Part shown: positions 1 to 7,765 of the stretch, piece by piece
How positions within the stretch are numbered: the first letter of the stretch is position 1
How the letters are laid out: every line of letters starts with the position of its first letter
Source of the DNA: Clostridium sp. CAG:389
Lineage (GTDB): Bacteria; Bacillota; Clostridia; TANB77; CAG-508
Assembly (NCBI GenBank): GCA_000438255.1
Contig: FR901943.1
Location: forward strand, 1 to 40,168
Length of the DNA: 40,168 nucleotides
Direction of reading: 5' to 3'
Notes under the pieces: model-generated
Database searches by the model: none
What the model saw: the letters and a program-made list of their open reading frames with translations, nothing else
What the model was told of the DNA's origin: nothing
Position numbers and translations under genes: made by a program

Positions 1-430
1 TAATTTTTGTATTTTCAAATGCAACTTTCATATTCATTTCTTTTGCATATTCTGTAATTTTTCTAATTCTATTTAATCCAACTTCTCCATACATAGGAGC
101 TTTTTCCTTACTTGTTAAATGCATCACTACCATTGGTATTCCATTTTCATGACAGTCTTTAATGTCCTTTTTATATCTTTCTACTTCTCTATCTCCTATT
201 TCTCCTTCTTCCCATATTGAATTAATATTTTGATATCCTAAATGTGCAAATATAATGTTAAGCCCTAATTTTTGGCATATTTCAACTTGTTCAATTTGGC
301 TATGTTCCCAATTCTTATCATACCATTGAACAAATACATTTTTAAATCCTACTTTCTTTACAGATTCTATTGTTTGAATAGCATTTACTTTTTGATTATC
401 ATTTTGAATTACTACTGCAAGTTCTCTCAT
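1..430 (-). CDS. sugar phosphate isomerase/epimerase (xylose isomerase-like TIM barrel), N-terminal part only; C-terminus lies beyond the window start
   Basis: Absent from the ORF track because it runs off the window. Hand translation of the minus strand from ATG at 430-428 (GGAGGT at 441-436, 5 nt spacer) gives MRELAVVIQNDNQKVNAIQTIESVKKVGFKNVFVQWYDKNWEH...EMNMKVAFENTKI. The frame is open to position 1, and the VAFEN-type strand motif is typical of this fold. Confidence 0.55.
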   Translation of the reverse strand, partial: MRELAVVIQNDNQKVNAIQTIESVKKVGFKNVFVQWYDKNWEHSQIEQVEICQKLGLNIIFAHLGYQNINSIWEEGEIGDREVERYKKDIKDCHENGIPMVVMHLTSKEKAPMYGEVGLNRIRKITEYAKEMNMKVAFENTKI

Positions 431-518
431 TTTATACCTCCATTTTTTATTTGCATTGTATCATGAAAGAATAAAAAAATAAATAGTATAAAAGATAATT
501 TTTCCTTTATTAGATAAT

Positions 519-560
519 AAAAACACCTATTAAATTTTTTCAATCTAATACGTGTCTTTA
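519..560 (-). terminator. probable intrinsic terminator downstream of glyQS
   Basis: Minus strand reads AAAGACACGTATTA-loop-TAATAGGTGTTTTT, an imperfect 10-11 bp stem followed by a T-run, about 20 nt after the glyQS stop. Confidence 0.45.
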
Positions 561-579
561 ATATAAAATTTATTTAATT

Positions 580-1962
580 TTAAAACTCAATTTTTTCTGC
601 AATCCAAGATTCCAAGTCATCAATTTTAACTCTAACTTGTTCCATTGTATCTCTATCTCTAACAGTAACTGATTCATCCTCCAATGTATCAAAATCAACA
701 GTTACGCAATATGGAGTACCAATTTCGTCCTCTCTTCTATAACGTTTACCAATTGAGCCCGCAGCATCATAATCACACATAAATTTCTTAGCAAGTTTAT
801 TATATACCTCTTCTGCTTTATCTGATAATTTTTTAGATAATGGAAGTACTGCAACTTTATAAGGTGCTAATGCTGGATGTAAATGTAAAACAATTCTTGT
901 ATCTCCTTCTGCAATTTCTTCTTCATCATATGCGTTGCATAAAAACGCTAGAACAACTCTATCTGCTCCTAATGATGGTTCAATTACATATGGTACATAT
1001 TTTTCGTTTGTTTCTGGGTCTTGATATGATAAATCTTGTTTTGAGTGATTCATATGTTGTGTTAAGTCATAATCAGTTCTATCAGCGATTCCCCATAATT
1101 CTCCCCATCCGAATGGGAATGCAAATTCTATATCAGTTGTTGCTTTACTATAAAATACCAATTCTTCTGCTGAATGGTCTCTTAATCTAATATTTTCTTT
1201 TTTCATTCCTAAATTGATTAAGAAGTTTTCACAATAATCTTTCCAATATTTATGCCATTCTAGGTCTGTTCCTGGCTTGCAGAAGAATTCAAGTTCCATT
1301 TGTTCAAATTCTCTTGTTCTAAATGTGAAGTTTCCTGGTGTTATTTCATTTCTGAATGCTTTACCTATTTGAGCAATTCCCATTGGCATTTTCTTTCTTG
1401 ATGTACGTAATACATTTTTGAAATCAACAAATATTCCTTGTGCTGTTTCTGGTCTTAAATATACAGTTGATGTTGTATCTTCTGTAACTCCTTGGAAAGT
1501 TTTGAACATTAAATTAAATTTTCTTATATCTGTAAAGTTTGTTTTTCCACATGATGGGCATGGTATTTTATTTTCGTTTATGAAATTGATTAATTCTTCA
1601 TCTGTCATTCCATCTGCTATCATGTCTTTTCCGTTTTCATGTGCCCATTCTTCAATTAATTTATCAGCTCTGTGTCTTGTTTTACATTCTTTACAATCTA
1701 TTAATGGGTCTGAAAATCCTCCAACATGTCCTGATGCTACCCATGTTTCTGGGTTCATTAATATTGCTGCATCAAGTCCTACTATATTTGGTTGCTCTTG
1801 TATGAATTTTTTTCTCCATGCTGCTTTTACATTGTTTTTTAATTCATTTCCTAATGGTCCATAATCCCAAGTATTTGCTAATCCTCCGTAAATTTCTGAT
1901 CCAGGATATATAAATCCTCTTCCTTTGCATAATGCTACAAGTGTGTCCATTGATTTTAACAT
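580..1962 (-). CDS. glyQS: glycine--tRNA ligase (single-chain class II GlyRS)
   Basis: 460-aa ORF with strings characteristic of GlyQS ([33 protein letters not shown]). SD GGGAGG lies 7 nt upstream of the ATG, and a Gly-specific T-box lies upstream. Confidence 0.95.
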   Translation of the reverse strand: MLKSMDTLVALCKGRGFIYPGSEIYGGLANTWDYGPLGNELKNNVKAAWRKKFIQEQPNIVGLDAAILMNPETWVASGHVGGFSDPLIDCKECKTRHRADKLIEEWAHENGKDMIADGMTDEELINFINENKIPCPSCGKTNFTDIRKFNLMFKTFQGVTEDTTSTVYLRPETAQGIFVDFKNVLRTSRKKMPMGIAQIGKAFRNEITPGNFTFRTREFEQMELEFFCKPGTDLEWHKYWKDYCENFLINLGMKKENIRLRDHSAEELVFYSKATTDIEFAFPFGWGELWGIADRTDYDLTQHMNHSKQDLSYQDPETNEKYVPYVIEPSLGADRVVLAFLCNAYDEEEIAEGDTRIVLHLHPALAPYKVAVLPLSKKLSDKAEEVYNKLAKKFMCDYDAAGSIGKRYRREDEIGTPYCVTVDFDTLEDESVTVRDRDTMEQVRVKIDDLESWIAEKIEF

Positions 1963-1975
1963 AATGATTCCTCCC

Positions 1976-2100
1976 TTTTGAAACTGTTTTTGGGGACGGA
2001 GGAAAAAAACAGTTTTTAATTTATTTTATTTTTTACTATTATTTTGTTTTTGTATTTTCAAAACTGTTTTTTTCCTCCGTCCCCAAAAACAGTTTCAAAA
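1976..2100. repeat. 125-bp perfect palindromic element (41-bp arms, 43-nt AT loop), copy 1 of a repeated module
   Basis: 1976-2016 (TTTTGAAACTGTTTTTGGGGACGGAGGAAAAAAACAGTTTT) is the exact reverse complement of 2060-2100. The same 29-38 nt module recurs at 18700-18837. Confidence 0.9.
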
Positions 2101-2310
2101 AAACTTCCGAGCCTAGCTATACATTTAGCTAGGGACGAAAGTTTAGTTCCGCGTTTCCACCCTAATTCTTAAAGTTTTGCATAGCTTTTGCTTGCTATTG
2201 CCGTTCTTTAAGCACCTTAATTTTTTATTACTCCAAAGCTCCCCATACTTATTTTATTACGAATATCTCAGCATACTATTCGCTCTCTTTAAATAAAATT
2301 TTTAGTATTT
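2101..2310 (-). promoter_or_regulatory. T-box riboswitch leader, glycine specific (GGC specifier)
   Basis: Minus strand carries the conserved T-box sequence AATTAGGGTGGAAACGCGG (2167-2149) and an AGAGA box near 2300. The candidate specifier loop is GAACGGCAA, with GGC at 2202-2200. The terminator is AACTTTCGTCCCTAGC...GCTAGGCTCGGAAGTTTTTTT (2145-2101). Confidence 0.8.
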
Positions 2311-2333
2311 TTTCTTTTTCATCGTAATTTTTA

Positions 2334-2408
2334 TGGCAGGGGTAGAAGGACTCGAACCCTCACAGGCGGTTTTGGAGACCGATGTGCTACCATTGACACT
2401 ATACCCCT
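2334..2408 (-). tRNA. trnW: tRNA-Trp (anticodon CCA), CCA end encoded
   Basis: Minus strand reads AGGGGTATAGTGTCAATGGTAGCACATCGGTCTCCAAAACCGCCTGTGAGGGTTCGAGTCCTTCTACCCCTGCCA. It has a 7-bp acceptor stem, anticodon loop CUCCAAA and T-loop GGTTCGAGTCC. There is one mismatch at the top of the anticodon stem. Confidence 0.9.
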
Positions 2409-2446
2409 ATAATTATTTTAGTGTCTTTTTTTCTAAGACATTTATT

Positions 2447-2475
2447 ATCTTAGCACATTTTCTTATTTTTGACAA
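2447..2475 (-). promoter_or_regulatory. sigma-A type promoter for tRNA-Trp (and probably the glyQS leader)
   Basis: Minus strand has TTGTCA, a 17-nt spacer and TAAGAT with TG at the extended -10 position. It lies about 35 nt upstream of the tRNA 5' end. Confidence 0.45.
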
Positions 2476-2524
2476 GTAGTCTTTTAAAATCTTTTTAAAT
2501 TTTTTACTATTTTTTATTTGTATC

Positions 2525-3181
2525 TTGTTTTTCTTTTTATTTTATGTTATAAATTTTATATCTTATTTCTATCAAAAATTTTTTATTTATAAGGATGTGA
2601 TTTTTATTTTAAATTTATTCAAAAAATTACTATTTAGTATTATTTTATTTTCAATACTTATATCGATATTTTTTGTTCCAATAATTCAAAGTAACAATAT
2701 TACCTCAAAAGATTCTTCTAACAAAGAGTTTATTGGTTTCAATCCAGATGGATTTTTATGGCCTCTACCTGGATATACAAGTATAAGTTCTCCTTTTGGA
2801 AAAAGAAAATCCCCCACTGGCAGTGGTTCTGGATTTCACCATGGTATTGATATTCCTGCACCAGAAGGTACTAAGTTCGTTGCCATAAATGATGGTGAAA
2901 TTACTTTTCGTTCTTTTCTTGGTGCTGGTGGATATACTATTACTCTTTCTTTTGATAATTATAAAGTTTCTTATTGTCATGTTTCTCCTAATTTTATTGT
3001 TAATGTTGGTGATATTGTTAAACAAGGTCAGGTTATTGGTTATGTTGGTCCTAAATATGTTTATGGTGTACCTGGAAATATTTATTCTGATAGTTCTGGT
3101 AAGCCTACTAATGGTTCTACAACTCGGTTGTCATCTCCATTTACGGTTTTAGAATTGATGATGAATATGTTAATCCTTTAA
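2525..3181 (+). CDS. M23 (LytM) family metallopeptidase with N-terminal membrane anchor; C-terminus frameshifted, probable pseudogene (restored reading would end at 3192)
   Basis: The HxxxD motif is in FHHGIDIPAPEGT, and GQVIGYVGP is also present. The expected GxHLH motif (GCHLHL) is encoded at 3126-3143 in another frame, and the family-typical end FRIDDEYVNPLKFF* (3148-3192) is in the third frame. The start is uncertain (TTG 2525 or GTG 2597). Confidence 0.75.
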   Translation: MFFFLFYVINFISYFYQKFFIYKDVIFILNLFKKLLFSIILFSILISIFFVPIIQSNNITSKDSSNKEFIGFNPDGFLWPLPGYTSISSPFGKRKSPTGSGSGFHHGIDIPAPEGTKFVAINDGEITFRSFLGAGGYTITLSFDNYKVSYCHVSPNFIVNVGDIVKQGQVIGYVGPKYVYGVPGNIYSDSSGKPTNGSTTRLSSPFTVLELMMNMLIL

Positions 3182-3246
3182 AATTTTTTTAATTTATATG
3201 TTGTTTTATTATAATAATGTGTAATATTGTTATATAAAATGAAATA

Positions 3247-3271
3247 CAGAGCCACTTCAATAGTGACTCTG
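3247..3271. terminator. hairpin between the convergent M23 gene and the 3301-3843 gene
   Basis: CAGAGCCACT-TCAAT-AGTGACTCTG forms a stem of about 9 bp with one mismatch. The flanking runs are T-rich on the minus strand and A-rich on the plus strand. Confidence 0.4.
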
Positions 3272-3300
3272 TAAAAAAGATGTGAATAGATTGCTTAAGC

Positions 3301-3843
3301 TTAATTGAAAAATTTGATGTCAAATTCTACCACGACAATTTGGCAGTCATCGGATATGTTTATATCCGATGATATAACGCCTTCATAAGCATTAAAGGTT
3401 TTCAACATCATATCAAAATCTTCTTCGAAAGTTGTTGTTTCTTCCGATAGATCTTTTTTAATTTTCATGAGGACTTTTGTATTTTCAGAAAATATTACTG
3501 CTACATTTTTTACATGATAGCAATTTAAGCCTACAGTTTCTTCACCAAATTCAAGTGAACTTGTACTAAACTTGTATCCTGAACTTTCCTCGTGATACAT
3601 CCACCATTTTTTGTCTATGTTTTGCAACAAGGCCTTACTCAAATCTGGCCATTTAATCATTCCAACCTCACCTTGCTCGTAGTCCACATCTACAACACTT
3701 GCAAGTGGATTTACATTTTCTTGGTAGTATGGGCATTTCTCTATTTTTCTTTTTGCATCATTGAAAACCTCAATAAATACCCGTTTCAATGTACTATTCA
3801 CCTTTCTTTTTTCTTCTTCTTGAAATTCTTCAAATGTCATCAT
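3301..3843 (-). CDS. hypothetical protein (about 180 aa), no recognisable domain
   Basis: Long ORF. I place the start at ATG 3843 (MMTFEEF...) because AGGAGG lies 7 nt upstream, so the ORF-track TTG extension reads through the RBS. It has its own consensus promoter and a downstream hairpin. Confidence 0.7.
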   Translation of the reverse strand: MMTFEEFQEEEKRKVNSTLKRVFIEVFNDAKRKIEKCPYYQENVNPLASVVDVDYEQGEVGMIKWPDLSKALLQNIDKKWWMYHEESSGYKFSTSSLEFGEETVGLNCYHVKNVAVIFSENTKVLMKIKKDLSEETTTFEEDFDMMLKTFNAYEGVISSDINISDDCQIVVVEFDIKFFN

Positions 3844-3942
3844 TCGTTTTCTCCTCCTTGCCAATTATGGCTATGATTTTATTTATTCTCCCACTAATCT
3901 GAGAGAGAATATCGCAGCTTGTTGTTTCAACTCACTTCTTTT

Positions 3943-3971
3943 ATTATATAACATTATGTAAATTTTGTCAA
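3943..3971 (-). promoter_or_regulatory. consensus sigma-A promoter for the 3301-3843 gene
   Basis: Minus strand has TTGACA, a 17-nt spacer (AAATTTACATAATGTTA) and TATAAT, about 100 nt upstream of the ATG. Confidence 0.6.
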
Positions 3972-3982
3972 TTTTGATCTGA

Positions 3983-4342
3983 TTACATATCCTCTTCTTC
4001 GTCATCTGAATCTCCACATCCAGAGCATCCACAACAATGTCCTGAACATCCATCTTCATCGTCTTCTAATTCTCCTGACCAATCTAATTCAATTATATTT
4101 TTACATTCTGGACATTCAATTGCATTTTGATCTTCATTTGCATCTATCACAAACTCATGCTCACAATATGGGCATACGATTTCAAGATCAAATCCTTCAT
4201 CATCATATATATCAGTTTTTATATGTTCAACAACTTGTTGCATTTTATCCATTTTTTCATTCATTATTTTTTGATTTTCTTTTAATTCTTGAATTTCTTT
4301 TAAAAGATTTTCAATTTGTTCATTAAAATTTGTTTCACTCAT
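3983..4342 (-). CDS. zinc-ribbon protein with coiled-coil N-terminus and acidic Cys-rich tail (resembles the clostridial CD1247 N-terminal domain family)
   Basis: 119-aa ORF. It carries CPYC...CPEC, a four-Cys zinc-ribbon motif, and the tail CSGHCCGCSGCGDSDDEEEDM. Confidence 0.65.
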   Translation of the reverse strand: MSETNFNEQIENLLKEIQELKENQKIMNEKMDKMQQVVEHIKTDIYDDEGFDLEIVCPYCEHEFVIDANEDQNAIECPECKNIIELDWSGELEDDEDGCSGHCCGCSGCGDSDDEEEDM

Positions 4343-4436
4343 AAATATTCTCTCTTTCTTTAATTAATATTTTTATATAAAATTTTATCCTAATATATCT
4401 TTATGTATATATTAGGATAGTCTCTTTTATTATATT

Positions 4437-5003
4437 TTATACTCTTTCCATATATTCACATGTTCTTGTATCGATTTTTAATATATCACCGATATTTACA
4501 AACATTGGAACTTGTAATTCTAATCCAGTTTCTAATGTTGCTGGTTTTCCAGATGTTGTTGTTGTGTTTCCAGCAAATCCTGGTTCTGTATATGTTACTT
4601 CTAATTCAACAAATGTTGGAGGTTCAACTGCAAATACTTTTCCTTTGTATGAAAGAATTGTAACTTCCATATTTTCTTTTAAGTATTTTAAGCAATCTCC
4701 TAATGTGTCTTTGTTTAAAGGCATTTGATCATATGTTTCATTATCCATAAAATAATATAAATCTCCATCTGCATATAGATATTGCATTGTTTTCTTTTCT
4801 ATTTCTGCTCCTGGGAATTTATCTGATGGGTTAAATGTTTTTTCTAATGTTGCCCCTGTTATTACATTTTTTAATTTTGTTCTTACAAATGCTGAACCTT
4901 TTCCTGGTTTTACGTGTTGGAATTCAACAACTCTGAATACGTTTCCTTCCATTTCAAATGTTGTTCCGTTTCTAAAATCTCCTGCTGAGTATACTCCTGC
5001 CAT
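4437..5003 (-). CDS. efp: elongation factor P
   Basis: 188-aa ORF with [19 protein letters not shown], the EF-P KPGKG loop. SD AAGGGAG lies upstream. Confidence 0.95.
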   Translation of the reverse strand: MAGVYSAGDFRNGTTFEMEGNVFRVVEFQHVKPGKGSAFVRTKLKNVITGATLEKTFNPSDKFPGAEIEKKTMQYLYADGDLYYFMDNETYDQMPLNKDTLGDCLKYLKENMEVTILSYKGKVFAVEPPTFVELEVTYTEPGFAGNTTTTSGKPATLETGLELQVPMFVNIGDILKIDTRTCEYMERV

Positions 5004-5186
5004 ATTTATTCTCCCTTCTCTTGCTTTGCTTGCTCATCGTCAGCACTAATGGCTGTCAAATTTTTTTTGCTTTGCTTCTCATAAATTTTATTTTTTACTT
5101 TTCTATTTTACTACATATTCTAGGAAAAATCAAGCTTTTTAAAAAATTTAGAGAATGTCCCAAAAAGATACGTTCCAAAAAGGACA

Positions 5187-6245
5187 TTATATAATTACAT
5201 ATCCTTTATCTGAATTGGTTAAACTTATACATCCAAATTTAGTTATTTGAACAGTATCTTCTATTCTAACTCCGAATTTTCCTGGAATATAAATTCCTGG
5301 TTCATCAGTAACTACCATGTTTTCTCTTAACATACAGTCATTTCTGTAACCAATATATGGAGGTTCATGTATTTCTAGACCAACTCCATGTCCTAAACTA
5401 TGAATTAAATCATATCTATTTAGTTTGAAATCATTTTCTACCATTTTTGTAAGTTGTCTTGTACTTGCTCCTTCTTTATATTGCTCAAGTGCAAATTTTT
5501 GATTATTTAAAACTAAATCATATACTTTTTTCATTTCTTCTGTTGGTTCTCCAACAAAAAATGTTCTTGTCATGTCTGAGCAATAGCCATTTACTTTGCA
5601 TCCCATGTCTATTGTTATAATATCTTTTTCTTGAATTTTTCTATCTGTTGGTACTGCATGTGGTTTTGATGAGTTTTCTCCTGATGCTACTATTGTGTCA
5701 AATGATATTCCATCTGTTCTTTCTATATAATAATCGTCTATTTCTTTTGCTATTTGTTTTTCTGTCATTCCTGGTTTTATATAACTTAATATATATTTAA
5801 AACAGTCATCTGTTATATTGCATGCTTTTATGATATTACTAATTTCTTCGTCATCTTTTATCATTCTTTGTTTTTCTATTATATATTCTGTTTCTACAAA
5901 ATTATGTATTTTGTATTTTCTTATATATTCTTTATATTCTGCATATGATATGTAGTGTTCTTCAAATCCTACATTTTCACAGTACATGAATATATTTTCA
6001 TAATCTTCTTTTGATAGGTCACTTGCGTCATATACTATGATTTCATCAAATAATGTTAATATACTATGTACATGTTCTATATATCTTCCATCTGTTATAT
6101 ACATATTTTCTTTTGGTGTTATTACTAATGTTCCTTCTGCATCTATGTTTGTTAAGTATTTTATATTTACTGGATTTGATATTATTATTCCTTGCATGTC
6201 TAGACTTGACATTTTATTTCTTAACCATTGAAGTTTTTGATTCAT
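5187..6245 (-). CDS. M24 family Xaa-Pro aminopeptidase
   Basis: 352-aa ORF with the metal-ligand context DMGCKVNGYCSDMTRTF, HSLGHGVGLEIHE and VTDEPGIY. The position upstream of efp is a common synteny. Confidence 0.9.
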   Translation of the reverse strand: MNQKLQWLRNKMSSLDMQGIIISNPVNIKYLTNIDAEGTLVITPKENMYITDGRYIEHVHSILTLFDEIIVYDASDLSKEDYENIFMYCENVGFEEHYISYAEYKEYIRKYKIHNFVETEYIIEKQRMIKDDEEISNIIKACNITDDCFKYILSYIKPGMTEKQIAKEIDDYYIERTDGISFDTIVASGENSSKPHAVPTDRKIQEKDIITIDMGCKVNGYCSDMTRTFFVGEPTEEMKKVYDLVLNNQKFALEQYKEGASTRQLTKMVENDFKLNRYDLIHSLGHGVGLEIHEPPYIGYRNDCMLRENMVVTDEPGIYIPGKFGVRIEDTVQITKFGCISLTNSDKGYVII

Positions 6246-6271
6246 TTGTAAACTTCCCCCTTACAAATTTT

Positions 6272-7024
6272 TTATTTTGCATATAGTCCTAGTGTGAAAA
6301 ACATTAATAGTGCATATTTTATTGTTTCAAATGGTACAAATATGCTAATAAATGTTCCTAATACTATAAATGGTCCAAATGGTATGTATTCATCCATTTT
6401 TTTGATTTTTGTTATTAATAATATTACACTTAATACTGCTCCTATTAAGAATGAAACTAATGTTATTGCAATTATATTTGATAGTCCAAAGTATAACCCT
6501 AATGCTCCCATTAGTTTTACATCGCCAAATCCCATTGCTTCTTTTCCATATATTACTCCACCTACTAATGTTATAAGTAAGAATATTCCTCCTCCTGCAA
6601 GCATTCCGAGTGCCATGTTTATTGTTATTGCTACATCTGATAGTCCATATAAAAATGCTATTACTAACCCTATTTCAAACATTGTTAGATTTAATCTGTT
6701 TGGTATTATTTGCAATTTATAGTCTATTACAAATGCTGATAATAGCATTGGTGTTAATATAGCAAATTTTATTAAGTCTAAATTTGCTATAAAGGTTGAT
6801 TTTATTCCATAAAAATATAACAATGCTACATATATTGTTGCTGTTACAAACATTAATATATAATTTGGTCTAAATTCTGCAAAGTATTCTGTGAATATTT
6901 CTTTTGAAAATACTTTTTTATATTCTGGGAGTCTTTTGTTCATCCAGTCTACAAACATTCCTACAAAAAGTCCTATTATAGCAAATACTGCATAATATGC
7001 TATGTGCGTTTCATTAATATACAT
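6272..7024 (-). CDS. A24 family prepilin peptidase
   Basis: 250-aa polytopic membrane ORF with the GFGDVKLMGALG active-site Asp motif. Confidence 0.85.
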   Translation of the reverse strand: MYINETHIAYYAVFAIIGLFVGMFVDWMNKRLPEYKKVFSKEIFTEYFAEFRPNYILMFVTATIYVALLYFYGIKSTFIANLDLIKFAILTPMLLSAFVIDYKLQIIPNRLNLTMFEIGLVIAFLYGLSDVAITINMALGMLAGGGIFLLITLVGGVIYGKEAMGFGDVKLMGALGLYFGLSNIIAITLVSFLIGAVLSVILLITKIKKMDEYIPFGPFIVLGTFISIFVPFETIKYALLMFFTLGLYAK

Positions 7025-7532
7025 TTTTGTTTTTCTCCTCTTTTGCTTTATAGTTGTTTTTTATTTTGTTTTCTATTGGTCTTTTCCATGCTGTGTACCA
7101 GTAGTCTTTTTGTGAGTCTATTGGATCTACCAGTATTGTGAACATATTGCTTCTGTTTCCTCCTAGTACGTCTGTGAATATTTGATCTCCTACTACTGCT
7201 ATGTTTTCTGGATTAATTTTCGTCTCTTTTTGTATGTATTTGAACCCTCTTTTTAATGGTTTCATTGCAAAGTGTTTGTATGGTATTTCTAATGTTTGTG
7301 CTACTTTTTCTACTTTTTCTTTATTGTTTGTGTTTGATAGTATATATAGTTTTATTCCTTGTCCTCTCATTTCTTTTGCCCATTTTTTTACTTCTTCTGA
7401 TAGGTTTTTATAGTAGTCTATTAGTGTGTTGTCTACGTCTAATATTAGTAGTTTTATTTTATTTTTTATTAGTGTTTCTATTGTTATTTCTTCTACTTTT
7501 GTGTAGTAGAGGTTTGGATATAATTTTTTCAT
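7014..7532 (-). CDS. yqeG: YqeG family HAD-IIIA phosphatase
   Basis: Contains LILDVDNTL (DxDxT), SNTNN and VGDQIFTDVLGGN. I place the start at ATG 7532 (MKKLYPN), preceded by GAAAGGAAG. It overlaps the next gene by 11 nt. Confidence 0.85.
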   Translation of the reverse strand: MKKLYPNLYYTKVEEITIETLIKNKIKLLILDVDNTLIDYYKNLSEEVKKWAKEMRGQGIKLYILSNTNNKEKVEKVAQTLEIPYKHFAMKPLKRGFKYIQKETKINPENIAVVGDQIFTDVLGGNRSNMFTILVDPIDSQKDYWYTAWKRPIENKIKNNYKAKEEKNKNVY

Positions 7533-7610
7533 TTTTCTTCCTTTCATCATGTTTTTATTATATTAAGAATGTCTCGTTTTTTACTTTTTCTTCTTTCGTT
7601 TTTCATAAAT

Positions 7611-7639
7611 ATAATATCAATATGGCTCTGATTTGTCAA
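7611..7639 (-). promoter_or_regulatory. sigma-A type promoter upstream of yqeG
   Basis: Minus strand has TTGACA, a 17-nt spacer and TATTAT. Confidence 0.5.
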
Positions 7640-7700
7640 GAAATTTGTTTAAAATTTGATATCATAATATATTAAAAGCTTCTTACTGAATTATGACTTT

Positions 7701-7727
7701 AAAAAGGGATGCCATATTGGTATCCCC
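7701..7727 (-). terminator. intrinsic terminator after pheT
   Basis: Minus strand reads GGGGATACC-AATA-TGGCATCCC followed by TTTTT. Confidence 0.65.
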
Positions 7728-7765
7728 ATAAAATTTTACTGTTTTTGAATTATATATACATATTT

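Noticed and set aside
272-466. 64-aa plus-strand ORF at the left edge
   Set aside because: It lies antisense to a well-supported minus-strand gene (TIM-barrel isomerase, 1-430) that has a GGAGGT RBS. Its product is low-complexity F/I/L/Y-rich, typical of the reverse frame of AT-rich coding DNA, and it has no RBS.
1976-2100. The four copies of the CTGTTTTTGGGGACGGAGGAAAAAAACAG module as a CRISPR array or as simple rho-independent terminators
   Set aside because: They are not a CRISPR array: there are only two pairs, in inverted rather than direct orientation, 16.7 kb apart, with no regular spacers and no cas genes. They are not canonical terminators either. Neither palindrome is followed by a U-tract, and copy 1 lies downstream of the genuine T-box terminator inside the glyQS 5' UTR.
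3125-3150. Programmed ribosomal frameshifting to explain the three-frame M23 C-terminus
   Set aside because: Two separate shifts within 25 nt would be required. There is no slippery heptamer, internal SD or downstream pseudoknot. Simple indels (pseudogene or assembly error) are far more parsimonious.
5021-5082. Direct repeat TTGCTTTGCTT(G)CTCAT (5021-5037 and 5067-5082) in the efp leader, each beginning with ATG on the minus strand (possible mini-ORFs of 8 and 21 codons)
   Set aside because: Neither ATG has a Shine-Dalgarno sequence. The second mini-ORF merely runs out of frame into efp, and the repeats have no complementary partner to suggest an attenuator. It is probably a local duplication of little consequence.
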